Position numbers and translations under genes: made by a program. This document shows positions 9,042-17,862 of a stretch of DNA of 64,000 bases, in pieces; within the stretch, counting starts at the first letter, position 1, and each line of letters opens with the position of its first letter. Below the pieces are notes generated by a model, which was not told the origin of the DNA, searched no databases, and saw only the letters and a list, made by a program, of their open reading frames with translations. This DNA comes from a virus (Duplodnaviria > Caudoviricetes): the IMG/VR virus record IMGVR_UViG_3300031992_000072, positions 16,402 through 80,401 of that record, one strand, 5' to 3'.

Positions 9042-9429
9042 TTTGTATTAAAGAGAAAATGTGCCGTAAGACCAGTCTTAAAAATCTTACGGCACAATTC
9101 TTCCCGGGCGCAAAACCACGCATTCATAGGAAGAAATGCTCTTACTAACCAGTCTTACTGCCTATGCCTGATCGTCTTCGTTTTACAACAGTTGACTAAA
9201 CTGATACGACGACATCACAGAATAGGCGCTGTAACTTCAGAGCCGGGAGTCACCCTGTTAACAAGTCGGTTTATCCTCATGCTTAGGAGTTGGATTCTTC
9301 TTTCGCGTCCGCCGAGAAGAGAAAGAAGATTTCGACACTACGCCACCAGGCGGGCTGTTAAGAAAAGGTCGGCTAAGCTGATTAGCCAGTTACTTTACCT
9401 TCCTGATTATTTGGTTAGTGTCTTTAGTA

Positions 9430-9524
9430 TAGTATTACAGGGACTTGTTCGGTATTTAGTCTGCGCAAACATCAACCGCGCCTCACATTAAGTTCTCATA
9501 GCGCAGAGAACCCCTGTAATACTA
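9430..9524 (-). ncRNA. Candidate 95-nt structured RNA closed by a 13-bp terminal stem
   Basis: TAGTATTACAGGG (9430-9442) / CCCTGTAATACTA (9512-9524); internal GTTCTC/GAGAAC hairpin; abuts the tRNA-Gln 3' end. Confidence 0.45.
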
Positions 9525-9525
9525 A

Positions 9526-9603
9526 TGGCTGGCGTGGCTGGATTCGAACCAGCGGAGTCTCCGGGTCAAAGCCGGATTCGTTAAACCGCTTCGACACACG
9601 CCA
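9526..9603 (-). tRNA. trnQ: tRNA-Gln(UUG)
   Basis: Acceptor TGGCGTG/CACGCCA, anticodon arm TCCGG-CTTTGAC-CCGGA, GTTCGAATC T loop, encoded CCA. Confidence 0.92.
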
Positions 9604-9786
9604 ATGTAAAAAGCCGCATAAAGCGGCTAAGTAGAAGGTAGAAGTCCTTTTATCATGCACTCAGATTCTATTTTCTATACATGGTTTACGTGCGCACCTG
9701 AGCCCTTTTTATTCGCCCGATCAAGGAACGAGCCAATCTGTGCCTTTGGTGGACTTCAATATCAGGCGTCCCTGAATTTCCCTTCC

Positions 9787-9857
9787 TGGTGCCAGCCCCG
9801 GGAGTCGAACCCAAGCCGAGCGCATAATTGCACCCTCTTCCGCTGAGTTAGGCTGAC
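9787..9857 (-). tRNA. tRNA-like gene with a non-canonical anticodon arm (identity undetermined)
   Basis: Acceptor GTCAGCC/GGCTGGC plus ACCA, GTTCGAC T loop and D arm present; only 71 nt; anticodon loop folds as about 6 nt (AATTAT). Confidence 0.6.
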
Positions 9858-9952
9858 ATATTATTTTTTCATTCTATTGTTAAGATCTGCAATTGTATAT
9901 AAGATCCAACCAATTAATCCAAAGACAAGAATAACATTGATTAATCCAGTAA

Positions 9953-10210
9953 TCATTTAGATTCCTTCCTTTTTCCATCAGCACAGAACCAATCCTTATC
10001 CGGCTTGAATTTTATGTTGTGTTCATTTCTCATGTTCCTACAATATCCATCATCCATGAAACCATAGTGGTCAATTAAAAATCTGCAATCTTTGCAACGG
10101 ACAAGTTCTCCGTGATTGTCATTCCATTGATAATCAGAACCGAGCTCACCGCCTGTCCAATATGATTCTATAAATTCAATTTTTCTTTTTTGCGGTCTGC
10201 TTTCGCTCAT
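9953..10210 (-). CDS. Small Cys-rich phage protein (VRCKDC...FCADGKRK family)
   Basis: ORF; shares motifs with 10908-11210 and 11844-12146. Confidence 0.7.
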   Translation of the reverse strand: MSESRPQKRKIEFIESYWTGGELGSDYQWNDNHGELVRCKDCRFLIDHYGFMDDGYCRNMRNEHNIKFKPDKDWFCADGKRKESK

Positions 10211-10218
10211 TTTTCACT

Positions 10219-10722
10219 TCACCGACCTTCCTGCTTCATCTTTGCACCGCAATGCGGACAGTAATCAAATTCTTCTGTGCAATTGTCCATAATGCTAAAA
10301 ACGTGCTTACAGGCAGAACAAACAATGTGACTATCAGAATATGTTCCGTCATACGCAAGGCACTCCGGATATTCAATCCATTCCGCTTCCTGCTTTTTCA
10401 GCATGGAAACAATATCATCCATCTTTGAGCCAAGACCTTTTCCAATTTGCTCAAGTTGTGACAATGCAGTATCCCGTTCCCAACGAATTTGGTCTACGAC
10501 TCCTTGTGATACAAACTTTGGTGGAGCATCATGGAATTTGTGTTTCCATTCGATGACTTCAAGGCATAATTTATCTTTGTCTTTTTGTAATTTACGCAAC
10601 CGCTCTTCCTGCTCTTTCAGCAGTTCAAGAATGTATTCCGCATCCTCTTTCATCAGCCGAACATCCTCAATGTCTCCTGCTTCCTTTATTGCAGTAGACA
10701 GTTTCAATTCAATAATCGTCAT
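10219..10722 (-). CDS. Hypothetical protein with C-terminal Zn ribbon
   Basis: Start reset to ATG 10722 after AAGGAG; CSAC..CPHCG. Confidence 0.7.
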   Translation of the reverse strand: MTIIELKLSTAIKEAGDIEDVRLMKEDAEYILELLKEQEERLRKLQKDKDKLCLEVIEWKHKFHDAPPKFVSQGVVDQIRWERDTALSQLEQIGKGLGSKMDDIVSMLKKQEAEWIEYPECLAYDGTYSDSHIVCSACKHVFSIMDNCTEEFDYCPHCGAKMKQEGR

Positions 10723-10921
10723 TCTGCAATACGCTCCTTTCGTCCTTGTGGTAAATGTAGTCATGCACCATATTCTCAATAAACGTTTGTACAGAACCAA
10801 ATCCGTGTAGTTGTTCAAGGTATTCATATTCCTTCGGAGACAATCTGATGTTTACGATTTCATGATACGGACTATATGTATAGTGCAGTCCGTTTTCTTC
10901 TTTGACTTCATTGAGTATCAT
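10709..10921 (-). CDS. Hypothetical protein
   Basis: ATG at 10921 with RBS, 70 aa, fills the gap between neighbours. Confidence 0.55.
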   Translation of the reverse strand: MILNEVKEENGLHYTYSPYHEIVNIRLSPKEYEYLEQLHGFGSVQTFIENMVHDYIYHKDERSVLQNDDY

Positions 10922-11210
10922 CGTCTTTCCTTTCCCCGTCAGCGCAGAACCAATTATCTTCTGGATACCATGAATACCATTCGTCACCACAGCAACGGCA
11001 CGGGCATTTGCTTCCTTCTGGAAACTCAAGATCAAAACCGCTTTCATACGTTTCCCAATCTGGTTTCTTTGGTCTGTGCTTGCAATCCTTGCAACGGACA
11101 ACTGCTTCCTGCTCTTTCAGTAGGGAAATAGTGTCTGATATTAACTTCATCGTTTCTTTTGAACCATGAAGTTTTCTAAGTTCTTTGATAACCTTCTCCC
11201 TGTCAGGCAT
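10908..11210 (-). CDS. Small Cys-rich phage protein (VRCKDC...FCADG family)
   Basis: ORF with VRCKDC and WFCADGERK. Confidence 0.7.
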   Translation of the reverse strand: MPDREKVIKELRKLHGSKETMKLISDTISLLKEQEAVVRCKDCKHRPKKPDWETYESGFDLEFPEGSKCPCRCCGDEWYSWYPEDNWFCADGERKDDDTQ

Positions 11211-11246
11211 GTAAACATCTCCTTTCTTTTGATCTATAGTTTCCTT

Positions 11247-11630
11247 TTACGAAGTTAATTCAGCATATTCCTTTGCCTTATATCCTGCATTCTTCAGCCA
11301 TTCAGCAACCAAATGCCTATGGCAGAAATCATCAGGCTTTTCATAACAGATCAAAGCAAATTGTTTACCGCCAGATAAATTGTACAGCTCATCCACAACA
11401 TATGCTGGATTCAGATTTTCAAGCACTTCATTGTAAAAATGCTCGACATAATACTGATTGTCGTGATTTTTCTTCCATTCCATGAAGAAACCGATTTTCG
11501 GTGCAAGTTTCTTATACTGGATACCTTCGTACCATTCCGGTGCTTTTCCGCATATGGATATTGGTACAATCTCTGACGGCAGTTTTTTCAACTTGCCAAA
11601 GTATGATGTATAAATCATCTGCTCAGGCAT
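11247..11630 (-). CDS. DUF488-like protein
   Basis: IYTSYF, YKKLAPK, LICYEKPDDFCHRHLVAEWL. Confidence 0.75.
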   Translation of the reverse strand: MPEQMIYTSYFGKLKKLPSEIVPISICGKAPEWYEGIQYKKLAPKIGFFMEWKKNHDNQYYVEHFYNEVLENLNPAYVVDELYNLSGGKQFALICYEKPDDFCHRHLVAEWLKNAGYKAKEYAELTS

Positions 11631-11838
11631 TCCGCTTCACCGCCTTTTCATCACAATTGTTGTTTTTACACGTCACCATTTTCCCAAAATACGTGCCGCC
11701 AAGTTTTTGAATGACGTCTTTTATTACAATTCTTGTTTGAATCGGATATGCCTCATTAACATCATCTTCTTGTGCTATGTCTTCAAGAAGTCCAAGTAAA
11801 ATCATGCTTTCAGTTAGAGTGAGTTGTACTAAAAACAT
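11623..11838 (-). CDS. Hypothetical protein
   Basis: ORF in the tightly packed minus-strand run. Confidence 0.45.
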   Translation of the reverse strand: MFLVQLTLTESMILLGLLEDIAQEDDVNEAYPIQTRIVIKDVIQKLGGTYFGKMVTCKNNNCDEKAVKRNA

Positions 11839-11843
11839 TTACT

Positions 11844-12146
11844 TCACCCTTCTTTCCGTTTTCCATAAGCGCAGAACCAATCCGGTTCGTGGGAATTTCC
11901 GTCTATTCCGCAAACAACGTCTCCTGTTCGTTCCCAACATTTCTTATTACTGCAATCCTTGCACTGGACAATTTGTGGATGTTCTTTTAGAATCTCAAGG
12001 ATTTTGCAAATATGTTTTGCGTTAATACCTATTACCTTCGTCACACTTGCTAATGCTTTTATGTCTTGTGTATTTTGATATGTTCCAAACGCAGAATATA
12101 CAGACAAAACGGTGACTAATACAATCAAAATAACTACTGCTATCAT
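11844..12146 (-). CDS. Membrane-anchored member of the CKDC...WFCA family
   Basis: Hydrophobic N-terminus; QCKDC and DWFCAYGKRK. Confidence 0.6.
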   Translation of the reverse strand: MIAVVILIVLVTVLSVYSAFGTYQNTQDIKALASVTKVIGINAKHICKILEILKEHPQIVQCKDCSNKKCWERTGDVVCGIDGNSHEPDWFCAYGKRKEG

Positions 12147-12412
12147 TTACTTCATCCCATTTTCTTAAATATTAACATCAACGATAAACAAACAAATATT
12201 AACGATAAAATATATCTAATATCTTTCAACACTGCAACAAGTTCATTCATTCTTGTTTACCGCCCATTTTTGTGAAATCCATGCCAATCATGATATCTGC
12301 CCATTTTTCTTTTGAATCGTGCTTTTTTATATGCTTTTCTTATTGGAACAACACCATTATTAGTTACAATATATAAAACTATTCTGTTCATTTCCATTTT
12401 ACAAACTTTCCA

Positions 12413-12601
12413 TTAATTATATCCATGTTCAATCGCCCATTCGCTTTCGTGTGCAAGCTTTCCGTATTTATCGATGTAATCAGAGGCTTCTCCTCTTGTT
12501 TGCCCTTCAAACTTTGGCAATGGATATAGGCTATAATTCTGCATTTCGTCAATATGCTTTTTTTGCTTATCTGTTATCGGTCTTAATCTCCACGAATTCA
12601 T
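12413..12601 (-). CDS. Hypothetical protein
   Basis: ORF with RBS, in the gene run. Confidence 0.6.
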   Translation of the reverse strand: MNSWRLRPITDKQKKHIDEMQNYSLYPLPKFEGQTRGEASDYIDKYGKLAHESEWAIEHGYN

Positions 12602-12606
12602 TTTAC

Positions 12607-12867
12607 TTACTGGCCTTTCTTCGGTTTGATTCCGAAAACACAGTATCCATCTTCAATCCCCCAACCGTTCAAAACGTATGTGATTTCATATTCCTTTTTC
12701 ATCAGCGGATGACTTACCATTTCGCATCCGTCTGAATCGTATAAAACGATAAACCTTACAGTATCACCTTTCTGATAACCCCTGTCATTCTTGCGAACCT
12801 CAAACGTTTTATCGCCACGGTTAACCGCATCAGCAAACGATTCTTTTATTTTTATTGCGTGTATCAT
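12607..12867 (-). CDS. ASCH/DUF3850-like (PUA-fold) protein
   Basis: HAIKI..FADAV..GDKTFEVRKNDRGYQKGD. Confidence 0.85.
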   Translation of the reverse strand: MIHAIKIKESFADAVNRGDKTFEVRKNDRGYQKGDTVRFIVLYDSDGCEMVSHPLMKKEYEITYVLNGWGIEDGYCVFGIKPKKGQ

Positions 12868-12873
12868 TCTGCT

Positions 12874-13068
12874 TTACCGTCCTTCCGTATGAATCTGTTT
12901 CAAAAGTTCACACGATTCGCAATCTTCAAACAGCTTTCCTTCCCTGTTGCACTTCCACAACGGACAATCGGCAATCAGTTCTCCTGCGTGCCAACACTTT
13001 TTGTCATCACACTCAAAGCAAAGATTGTTTCGATGACATTCATGCATTTGAACATCCATTCGCTTCAC
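12874..13068 (-). CDS. Cys-rich hypothetical protein
   Basis: ORF with several Cys pairs. Confidence 0.55.
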   Translation of the reverse strand: MKRMDVQMHECHRNNLCFECDDKKCWHAGELIADCPLWKCNREGKLFEDCESCELLKQIHTEGR

Positions 13069-13092
13069 CGCCTATTTAGTTAAATGTTGTAT

Positions 13093-13353
13093 TTATCTCA
13101 ACCTGTTCAAAACATCCTTCAGTGATTTTGCTTCATATTCTAATTCAAGACTTCTTTTTTCTTCTTTTAATGCTTCTAAATCGCTTTGCAAATGTTGCCT
13201 ATAATCTTTCAATAACTCAAGAGCATATCCAATTGCAAACTCAGGCAATCCATCATGACAACAATCTTTTTCAATCGGGCATTCATCACATTTTCTTCTC
13301 CATGAATTTTTGCAACATTCATACACCTTAATAACCGTCTCAACATCTGCCAT
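13093..13353 (-). CDS. Hypothetical protein (Cys cluster plus coiled coil)
   Basis: ORF with RBS. Confidence 0.6.
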   Translation of the reverse strand: MADVETVIKVYECCKNSWRRKCDECPIEKDCCHDGLPEFAIGYALELLKDYRQHLQSDLEALKEEKRSLELEYEAKSLKDVLNRLR

Positions 13354-13378
13354 AAATACACTCCTTACGCAAAGTTAT

Positions 13379-13687
13379 TCAATGCAGGACCTCCAGCCAG
13401 TCATGTTCATTGATGCTTATTGTTTTTTCTTCAAGAAAATCAACTATAGTTACACACGGATAATCATCTAGTTCGTCGTATCTTTCATAATGAAAACTCT
13501 TCGAATTGTTGGTAGATTTAATGAAAATAGTTTTATACTTTTCCAGATAAGAAACAGTTATTGCACTTGCAAGTTCATCTCCGCTGTTCCATGTCATTTT
13601 AATTTTATCTTGCAGATCTTTAAGCAAATGCTCGTCTTCCAAATCAATTCTGATATAAAACTTTCCCTCTTTGAAATCCTCAAGCAT
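13379..13687 (-). CDS. Hypothetical protein, paralog family FxIRI...W(N/C)SGD
   Basis: Shares EGKFYIRI/WNSGD with 19566-19913 and 20747-21079. Confidence 0.7.
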   Translation of the reverse strand: MLEDFKEGKFYIRIDLEDEHLLKDLQDKIKMTWNSGDELASAITVSYLEKYKTIFIKSTNNSKSFHYERYDELDDYPCVTIVDFLEEKTISINEHDWLEVLH

Positions 13688-13715
13688 ACAGCTTCTCCTT
13701 TTAAATCCATATCAG

Positions 13716-13797
13716 TCGGCTAGGTGGGACTCGGACCCACACGCTCATAGAGCACGAGATTTTAAGTCTCGAATGTCTGCCATTCCATCACTAGCCG
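13716..13797 (-). tRNA. trnL: tRNA-Leu(UAA)
   Basis: Acceptor CGGCTAG/CTAGCCG, anticodon arm CGAGA-CTTAAAA-TCTCG, long variable arm; T loop reads TCCGAGT. Confidence 0.85.
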
Positions 13798-13820
13798 CAA
13801 ATAAACAGGAGAGAGTGCGC

Positions 13821-13874
13821 TCTCTCCTTTACGGTTTATTTCGCTTGACTTCATAGTAAGGTACCGAACTAAAA
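13821..13874 (-). promoter_or_regulatory. Motif A, copy 2
   Basis: GTTCGGTACC..TGAAGTCAAGCGAAATAAACCGTAAAGGAGAG, about 25 nt upstream of tRNA-Leu. Confidence 0.6.
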
Positions 13875-14225
13875 TGCTAACAATGAATCCCATTCAATCG
13901 TTTTCGGGCTTTCAAAAATAACTTCACCATAACAGGTTTCAGTTTTTCCGTCTTTAAAATATTCTTTCCAGAAAACATCGTTTTCCTGACAGGTTAATTC
14001 AAATACCATTTGCGGAAACTTCTCTGAAAGAATGATCATATGTCCTTCGTAAGCCGTCCATTCCTGCTGTTCCCAGCTGCAAAAGACAGCCTCATGTTCT
14101 TTCGAATAATAAGCGCCAGTATCAAATACATATCTATACAGATCAAATTCTTCCAGAGCGTCAGACAGATTATGAAATTTTCCAAGATTTTTTACATTGC
14201 GAACAACCAATGAATAATTTTTCAT
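13869..14225 (-). CDS. Hypothetical protein
   Basis: 118-aa ORF coupled to its upstream neighbour (ATGA overlap). Confidence 0.7.
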   Translation of the reverse strand: MKNYSLVVRNVKNLGKFHNLSDALEEFDLYRYVFDTGAYYSKEHEAVFCSWEQQEWTAYEGHMIILSEKFPQMVFELTCQENDVFWKEYFKDGKTETCYGEVIFESPKTIEWDSLLAF

Positions 14226-14686
14226 GATATCACCTGAAACATTGACATTAAATCATCTTCAGCTTTCTTGTTTTCAGTTGCGATTTGTTCGTCAATAGCC
14301 TTTTGTGCTTCAATGGATTTACGAATTTCTTCCAGATTAGAATCTCCGTCAAAATCATCAGAATCTTCAATTACTTCAATTTTACTGCCATGAAGATAAG
14401 CAAATGTACCAACTTCTGCGTCTCTTAATTCATACCGTGCATCGTCTATATCTCTTTCATTCTGTGATTCACAGAAGTTACTTTTCAGCTCACGAAAATT
14501 ATAATCGTCTGCCTGCTCAAGAATGTCGTAAGCCCAATAGCTTTCTCCATTAATAGAGATGCTTCCGTAAGCTTCATTTACCCATTCTTCAAAATAATCA
14601 TCGTCTTCATGATAATCTTCAACGATACAATACTCGATAGCATCATCAATGTTATCAAAAATTTCATTGTCAACCTGATATCTCAT
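14222..14686 (-). CDS. Acidic hypothetical protein
   Basis: 154-aa ORF with AGGAGG RBS. Confidence 0.75.
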   Translation of the reverse strand: MRYQVDNEIFDNIDDAIEYCIVEDYHEDDDYFEEWVNEAYGSISINGESYWAYDILEQADDYNFRELKSNFCESQNERDIDDARYELRDAEVGTFAYLHGSKIEVIEDSDDFDGDSNLEEIRKSIEAQKAIDEQIATENKKAEDDLMSMFQVIS

Positions 14687-14749
14687 ATTTGCCTCCTTTA
14701 ATAAAAAGGAGAGAGCAAGGAATTATCTCCTTGCTCTCTTTAAATTTAA

Positions 14750-15148
14750 TTAATACGGAACATCGTCTTCGTCAGGAGCTTCAGTCATTTCGATACCAGG
14801 AGCAGTAGCCCCTTTGCCATCAGAAATAAACCTGACCTGTTCAGCACGAACTTCCATCACAGTGCGAAGATTATTGTTCTTGTCCACATAGTTATTTAGT
14901 ACAACAGGACCGGAAACAAACACAGCACGGCCCTTCTTCAGAAATTTGGCACAAGTTTCGCCCAGTCCGCGCCAAGCATTAATACGGAAGAACTGTGTCT
15001 GTTTACGAACACCGTATCCTTCGTCTGCGGCAACAGTAAAATTGCATACTTTTGTTTTAACAATCTCTCCAGTTTCCTTATTCGGGTATTCCCGTTCATT
15101 CAGAATCGGGTCTGCAGTAAGGTTTCCAAGAACATCCAACCTATACAT
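14750..15148 (-). CDS. ssb: Single-stranded DNA-binding protein (SSB-1)
   Basis: LGNLTADP, NFTVAA, FFRINAW, KKGRAVFVSG; acidic tail DEDDVPY; start reset to ATG 15148. Confidence 0.9.
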   Translation of the reverse strand: MYRLDVLGNLTADPILNEREYPNKETGEIVKTKVCNFTVAADEGYGVRKQTQFFRINAWRGLGETCAKFLKKGRAVFVSGPVVLNNYVDKNNNLRTVMEVRAEQVRFISDGKGATAPGIEMTEAPDEDDVPY

Positions 15149-15465
15149 TTTTAGTCTCCTTTTCTTTTGTAAATTAATTTCTTTTGTCTGATGAGATTTA
15201 TAAATATACATATTGCTTTTTGGTTACAATATGAAATATTTTTGAAATTGTTTATTTTTATGCTATAAATGCAGTTTGTAATTCAAATGAAATTAAGTTA
15301 TTATTTGCTTTACGAATATGTTATGCAAGAATTACGTATAAAAATACACAAATCGTTATTTTGCTTGGTTTGTGTTGCTTAATATTATCTTTTGTCAAAT
15401 AGAATATTCATTCATTTTTCAAGAAAATTTATCTTCATCAAACTGCATTTATATAATACCACAAA

Positions 15466-16125
15466 TTAACCTTCGACCTTGACAATATGGTAACGACCAT
15501 ATCCGGAAGTGCGACCAGACCCGATGCCACCGCCAAATCCGGCGAGATTTACAATATTCAGAATCTGATCACGGCTATAAACATGATCCATGTAATCAAT
15601 CTGGAACTTTGCTTTCCAGTTATGGAAGTGATTCAGATGTACAGTAACAGGCTTGCCCTTCTTCGGGCTCATCAGCCGCTTTTCAACACTCCAGCCTTCA
15701 TAATCAACAGGAATCAACCCATTAGAGCAGCTAACATTAATAGCGTTTTTGAGCTTCGTAGAATACTGTGCAATTTCATTGCGAACAATAGCATCGCCAA
15801 AGCTCTGCTGAAGACCAAAAGCCGTAATGCAGGGCTTATTGTTTTCACGAAGATTATTCAGCATTTCTTCGTTGCATTCAGTATATGTATCTTCGCATTC
15901 AAGAGGTTTCTGCCAGTGAATTGACGTAATAATATCTTCCCAAACGTTGGGTCTTTCGTCAATGCTTTCACGGTCATCAGCCAGAAGTTTCCGTTCGTTA
16001 CGAGCATTCATCTTATTAAGAATCAGATCGCTATCACCTTCGATAGTAACCTGCATATGCTTAACTTTAGCTTCGATGCTCATCAGTTCCACAGTGTTAT
16101 TGTCTTTAATGGTTGCCTTTTTCAT
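15466..16125 (-). CDS. Stand-alone Cas7/RAMP-like protein
   Basis: N-terminal strand VTIEGDSDLIL; C-terminal glycine-rich loop AGFGGGIGSGRTSGYGRY; no other cas genes in the window. Confidence 0.7.
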   Translation of the reverse strand: MKKATIKDNNTVELMSIEAKVKHMQVTIEGDSDLILNKMNARNERKLLADDRESIDERPNVWEDIITSIHWQKPLECEDTYTECNEEMLNNLRENNKPCITAFGLQQSFGDAIVRNEIAQYSTKLKNAINVSCSNGLIPVDYEGWSVEKRLMSPKKGKPVTVHLNHFHNWKAKFQIDYMDHVYSRDQILNIVNLAGFGGGIGSGRTSGYGRYHIVKVEG

Positions 16126-16140
16126 TTTTAATTCCTTTCT

Positions 16141-16835
16141 TTTGTATTGTACTGTTGTGCGCTATTCTATTTTGTTGTAAGGTGTTGTTTTGAGCTATTT
16201 GCCAGCTCATAGGAGAACACACGTTCTCCTCGTATTATGGTATCGTTTGCTGCACTAAATTCTAATATTTTATTATATGCTGAGAGCTTATGCTCTCTTA
16301 TGAACTGGCAATTTATTCTGTCATGTTTTGTCGTATTATGATCTTTTGTGTACTTGCGCCATTGGCACAACAAGAGACTTATAATGCTTTACTGTCGTAT
16401 AGTATGGTATGCTGAATTATACTGAAGTTTACTTCAGAGAACTATAAGTCTCTGGTTGTACCAATGAAGCTGTCATATATTATTCTTAATTATCCTGTAT
16501 TATGCTTTCATGTCCTGATAAGGATGCAATAAATGTTATCTTATTTTGTCGTATGCTATATTAAAGTATGCTGTTATTAGCTGTGGTATATTTATGGATG
16601 CTATTGCATCCTTGTCAAGACATGAAAACTGGCTGGTATTACAGAGAACTTCTCTTAATTAAGCCAACAAAATTATTAATATTTATTCTATGTTTAACTA
16701 TGCTGTTCTGTCATATCCTGCGCTATTCTTTATGCCATGAAATTGACTGGCACTACAGAGAACTTCTATACTATGGTGTTTTATAATATCGTAAATTCTC
16801 ATAAGCTGTCCTATGCTTGAGAGCAGAAGCTCTCT
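16141..16835. repeat. Array of 5-nt-periodic tracts (TRY-NN on plus, RYA-NN on minus) separated by short hairpins and linkers
   Basis: 16143: TGT at TGT ac TGT tg TGC gc TAT tc TAT tt TGT. 16767: TAT ac TAT gg TGT tt TAT aa TAT cg. About 8 tracts; repeated linker ACTGG..TACAGAGAACTTCT at about 16628 and 16746. Confidence 0.8.
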
Positions 16836-16855
16836 ATAGTACCAGCCAAATTAAT

Positions 16856-17347
16856 TTAACTTGCCTGTTCCAGTTCCCGAATGGCTTTAAATACTGGTTC
16901 CAACTCTGTAAGAATCGAGTATTTGACCATAAACGCCTGAAGTTCTGATTTTGCCGTCATCAGAAGCTTTTCGTGAAGTGATGCATCCTGAACAATTAAT
17001 GTAATCGGACGATAACCAGTTTCTCCTTTAAGATTATGATACATTCTTAAAGGAACGCCAACCTTATCGGGTTTCTTTTCTTTATTCAGCCCAATCTCTA
17101 CAATATGCAAGTCGTGCATCACATCCGCAACCTGCTTTAGCCGATACTTTTCAGCAGCTTTTGTATCGTCCCATTCGATCAGTTTATGCATTTCTTTATG
17201 CTCATCCCGTGCCATATCCAGAATTTCTTCTGTTTCAGGATGTTCACCAAGAGCATAAATTTCTTCTGCTACCTTTTGCGCATCAGCTTTCTTGCGAAAA
17301 CTCTCTGAACCAGGTCTCCAGGTCGCAATAAAATTGCATTCCTTCAT
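16856..17347 (-). CDS. Conserved phage protein upstream of the repeat array and RAMP-like gene
   Basis: ILDMARDE..MHKLIEWDD..AAEKYRL; the same operon direction leads into the array. Confidence 0.7.
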   Translation of the reverse strand: MKECNFIATWRPGSESFRKKADAQKVAEEIYALGEHPETEEILDMARDEHKEMHKLIEWDDTKAAEKYRLKQVADVMHDLHIVEIGLNKEKKPDKVGVPLRMYHNLKGETGYRPITLIVQDASLHEKLLMTAKSELQAFMVKYSILTELEPVFKAIRELEQAS

Positions 17348-17351
17348 AAAC

Positions 17352-17573
17352 TCACTCCATTCTGAAACTGTCTTCTCCGGGAATCAGGGCTAACGTAGAC
17401 CCATTATCCCACTTCATATGAATCTGTCCTGCATCATCAATATAATCAACCGTTCCTGCATCTCCATGCTTCAGTTTTGTATAAGAATCATTCATAGAAA
17501 TCAATACAAGCCTTGTGCCAGCAGGATATACTTTCTTAATTCTTTCTACTTCTCTTTCGGTCATTCCAAACAT
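17352..17573 (-). CDS. DUF4314-like protein
   Basis: YPAGTRLVLISMND..GTVDYIDDAGQIHMKWDNGSTLALIPGEDSF. Confidence 0.85.
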   Translation of the reverse strand: MFGMTEREVERIKKVYPAGTRLVLISMNDSYTKLKHGDAGTVDYIDDAGQIHMKWDNGSTLALIPGEDSFRME

Positions 17574-17854
17574 GTAAACACCTCGTTAAATTCGTTTTCT
17601 GTTATTTCAAATTTCTTATCATCAACAGGCTCAAGCCACTCGTCAACAAAAACCCAATATCCATTATCATTTACATATTTTCCTGCATAAGCACCGTCTA
17701 ATTCATATACAGTGTGGCCTTCACGAGAATATTTATTTATAATCGTATAAACATTCCCGCAATATTTACTCATTCCATTAGCCCAATGTATAAAAAAATT
17801 ATTCTTTATATCGCTATAAAGCTTAACTCTTATAACATCACCAATTTCAAACAT
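17561..17854 (-). CDS. Hypothetical SH3/KOW-like protein
   Basis: FEIGDVIRV..WLEPV; similar to 21299-21553. Confidence 0.65.
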   Translation of the reverse strand: MFEIGDVIRVKLYSDIKNNFFIHWANGMSKYCGNVYTIINKYSREGHTVYELDGAYAGKYVNDNGYWVFVDEWLEPVDDKKFEITENEFNEVFTCLE

Positions 17855-17862
17855 ATTTTACC

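Noticed and set aside
16141-16835. Canonical CRISPR array
   Set aside because: No identical 25-45-nt repeats with unique spacers and no cas1/cas2; the periodicity is 5 nt.
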